This document shows, one piece after another, positions 63,701 to 64,000 of a stretch of DNA of 64,000 nt. Position numbers and translations under genes: made by a program. The notes under the pieces were generated by a model. It was not told the origin of the DNA, did no database searches, and worked only from the letters and a program-made list of their open reading frames with translations. Origin of the DNA: Eubacteriales bacterium (GTDB taxonomy: Bacteria > Bacillota > Clostridia > Oscillospirales > JAAYXM01); the NCBI GenBank assembly GCA_045539475.1, contig JAZQFJ010000101.1, positions 17,994-81,993 on the forward strand, read 5' to 3'. Every line of letters begins with the position of its first letter. The stretch's first letter is position 1.

Positions 63701-64000
63701 TTGAACTTCGCGGCGCGGGCAATGTTCTCGGTGCGGAGCAGAGCGGGCATATGATGAGCGTGGGATACGATATGTATTTAAAGCTTCTTGAAACTGCAAT
63801 CGCGGAAGAAAAGGGCGAAGAGAATCCGTCTCTTGCCGTGTGCAGTGCGGACCTTACCGTGTCTGCCAATATTCCGGAAAAATACGTTGCATCAAGTGAG
63901 ACCCGAATGGATTTGTATCGTCGTATTGCATCAATTTCAGACCGCGATGATGCAGACGACGTTATAGATGAGCTTATAGACCGCTTCGGAGAGCCACCGC
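60790..64000 (+). CDS. mfd: transcription-repair coupling factor Mfd (partial, continues beyond window)
   Basis: Frame open from ATG 60790 to the window end. FAVRGGIVDVFSP, LVVHDLHGIGRF, GDVGFGKTEVA (Walker A), DEEQRFGV and QLHQIRGRVGRS. Confidence 0.95.
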   Translation, partial: MLALTECLKHNKDFSALLQKLEAGECPIAISGLSAVHKAHIISAVRMITKKPVVCIYADELDARRAARDISVMCGEEARILPAAERSFHDVDSASHEFEHERIAALKALADGTAGITLAPVFSLLQRTAPPSEVAGKSITVKLGEEHSQDELIKKLSSYGYTRTDTVESEGQFAVRGGIVDVFSPGAENPVRIEFFGDEIDSMGYFEAETQRRVENAKAVHFLPAASIGEDSYSELGDALREALSREQRRKKKNERMIKTLETDIELIENGLPLRARDRYFNLIYPEYHCALDYISDDTIIFVDDYYRIRDAAGRERKRELDDVKSLIFGGILLPETDAFCEDFELVKKFISERKSVFLEAFVRAEYGISPKAVLSMIARTLPSYGGNLELACSEISENLLDGNRIMILTGSRKSAENMQVLLRERDISASLDFMLATLPEKPCVIIGEGVLSSGFSYPGDNFVVFTEGQLMRSATKRGRIKRDKKNSQKISNYRDLTPGCLVVHDLHGIGRFAGISKIKTDGVEKDYIKIMYLGTDALYVPVTQLDMVSKYIGGGEESGVRLSKLGGAEWQKAKLRAKGAAKELAEELIKLYAARQALEREPFPPDSDWQKEFEESFEFEDTDDQLRCSAEIKGDMQRRYPMDRLLCGDVGFGKTEVAFRAAMKCILGGKQVAILVPTTVLAEQHYMTACRRFSNYPIKIGLTSRFCSDRQNKETLRGAKTGELDMIIGTHKLLAKTVSFKNLGLLIVDEEQRFGVSHKERLKEMTKEVDVLTLTATPIPRTLNMALSGIRDMSIMEEAPRNRHPVMTYVFEHDREIIADAIRKEIARGGQVFYLHNNVSSIEACAGRISRLVPDATVAVGHGQMGEGELSEVMRKMGEGEIQVLVCTTIIETGIDIPNVNTLIIEDADKMGLAQLHQIRGRVGRSTRHAYAYLTYRRGKALSEIAEKRLAAIREYVEFGSGFRIAMRDLELRGAGNVLGAEQSGHMMSVGYDMYLKLLETAIAEEKGEENPSLAVCSADLTVSANIPEKYVASSETRMDLYRRIASISDRDDADDVIDELIDRFGEPP

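Overview
This 64-kb window looks like a Clostridia-type Firmicute chromosome. The support is SLH-anchored surface proteins and the syntenies rpmG-secE-nusG-rplKAJL, SRP RNA-dnaX-ybaB-recR and pth-mfd. I can support about 50 CDS, 2 tRNAs (Ser-GGA, Leu-TAG), one large SRP RNA, an L10-leader-like attenuator, several sigma-A-type promoters and intrinsic terminators, and four copies of an intergenic repeat family. Housekeeping blocks lie at 1-4.05 kb, 20.8-26.3 kb and 60.1-64 kb. They alternate with accessory blocks:

- 4.06-6.14 kb: an AT-rich AraC/creatininase-family module bracketed by a 22-bp duplication of the tRNA-Ser 3' end.
- 6.6-10.2 kb: nadABC-niaR.
- 10.3-16.1 kb: a VTC-domain / DUF4956-like / secreted beta-helix / Pro-rich anchor operon next to a two-component system.
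- 16.4-19.0 kb: feoA-feoB.
- 26.6-31.1 kb: an ATP-grasp/PHP/NodB-deacetylase/CDF operon.
- 31.4-36.9 kb: an oxidoreductase, a domain-permuted dihydropyrimidine-dehydrogenase-like fusion and an amidohydrolase.
- 37-56.7 kb: a glycan locus regulated by AraC-family proteins. It holds a roughly 2,650-aa SLH-anchored heparinase II/III-like protein and is bracketed by near-identical ~140-bp inverted repeats.

I saw no integrase, transposase, Cas, restriction-modification or recognisable defence genes, and no CRISPR array. The strongest candidates for something new are the VTC/DUF4956/beta-helix cluster, whose secreted protein and sensor kinase share a PPGMRGG heptapeptide, the structured repeat family and inverted-repeat-bracketed locus, and the ATP-grasp/PHP/deacetylase operon. 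All protein family calls come from reading motifs by eye. No database search was run.
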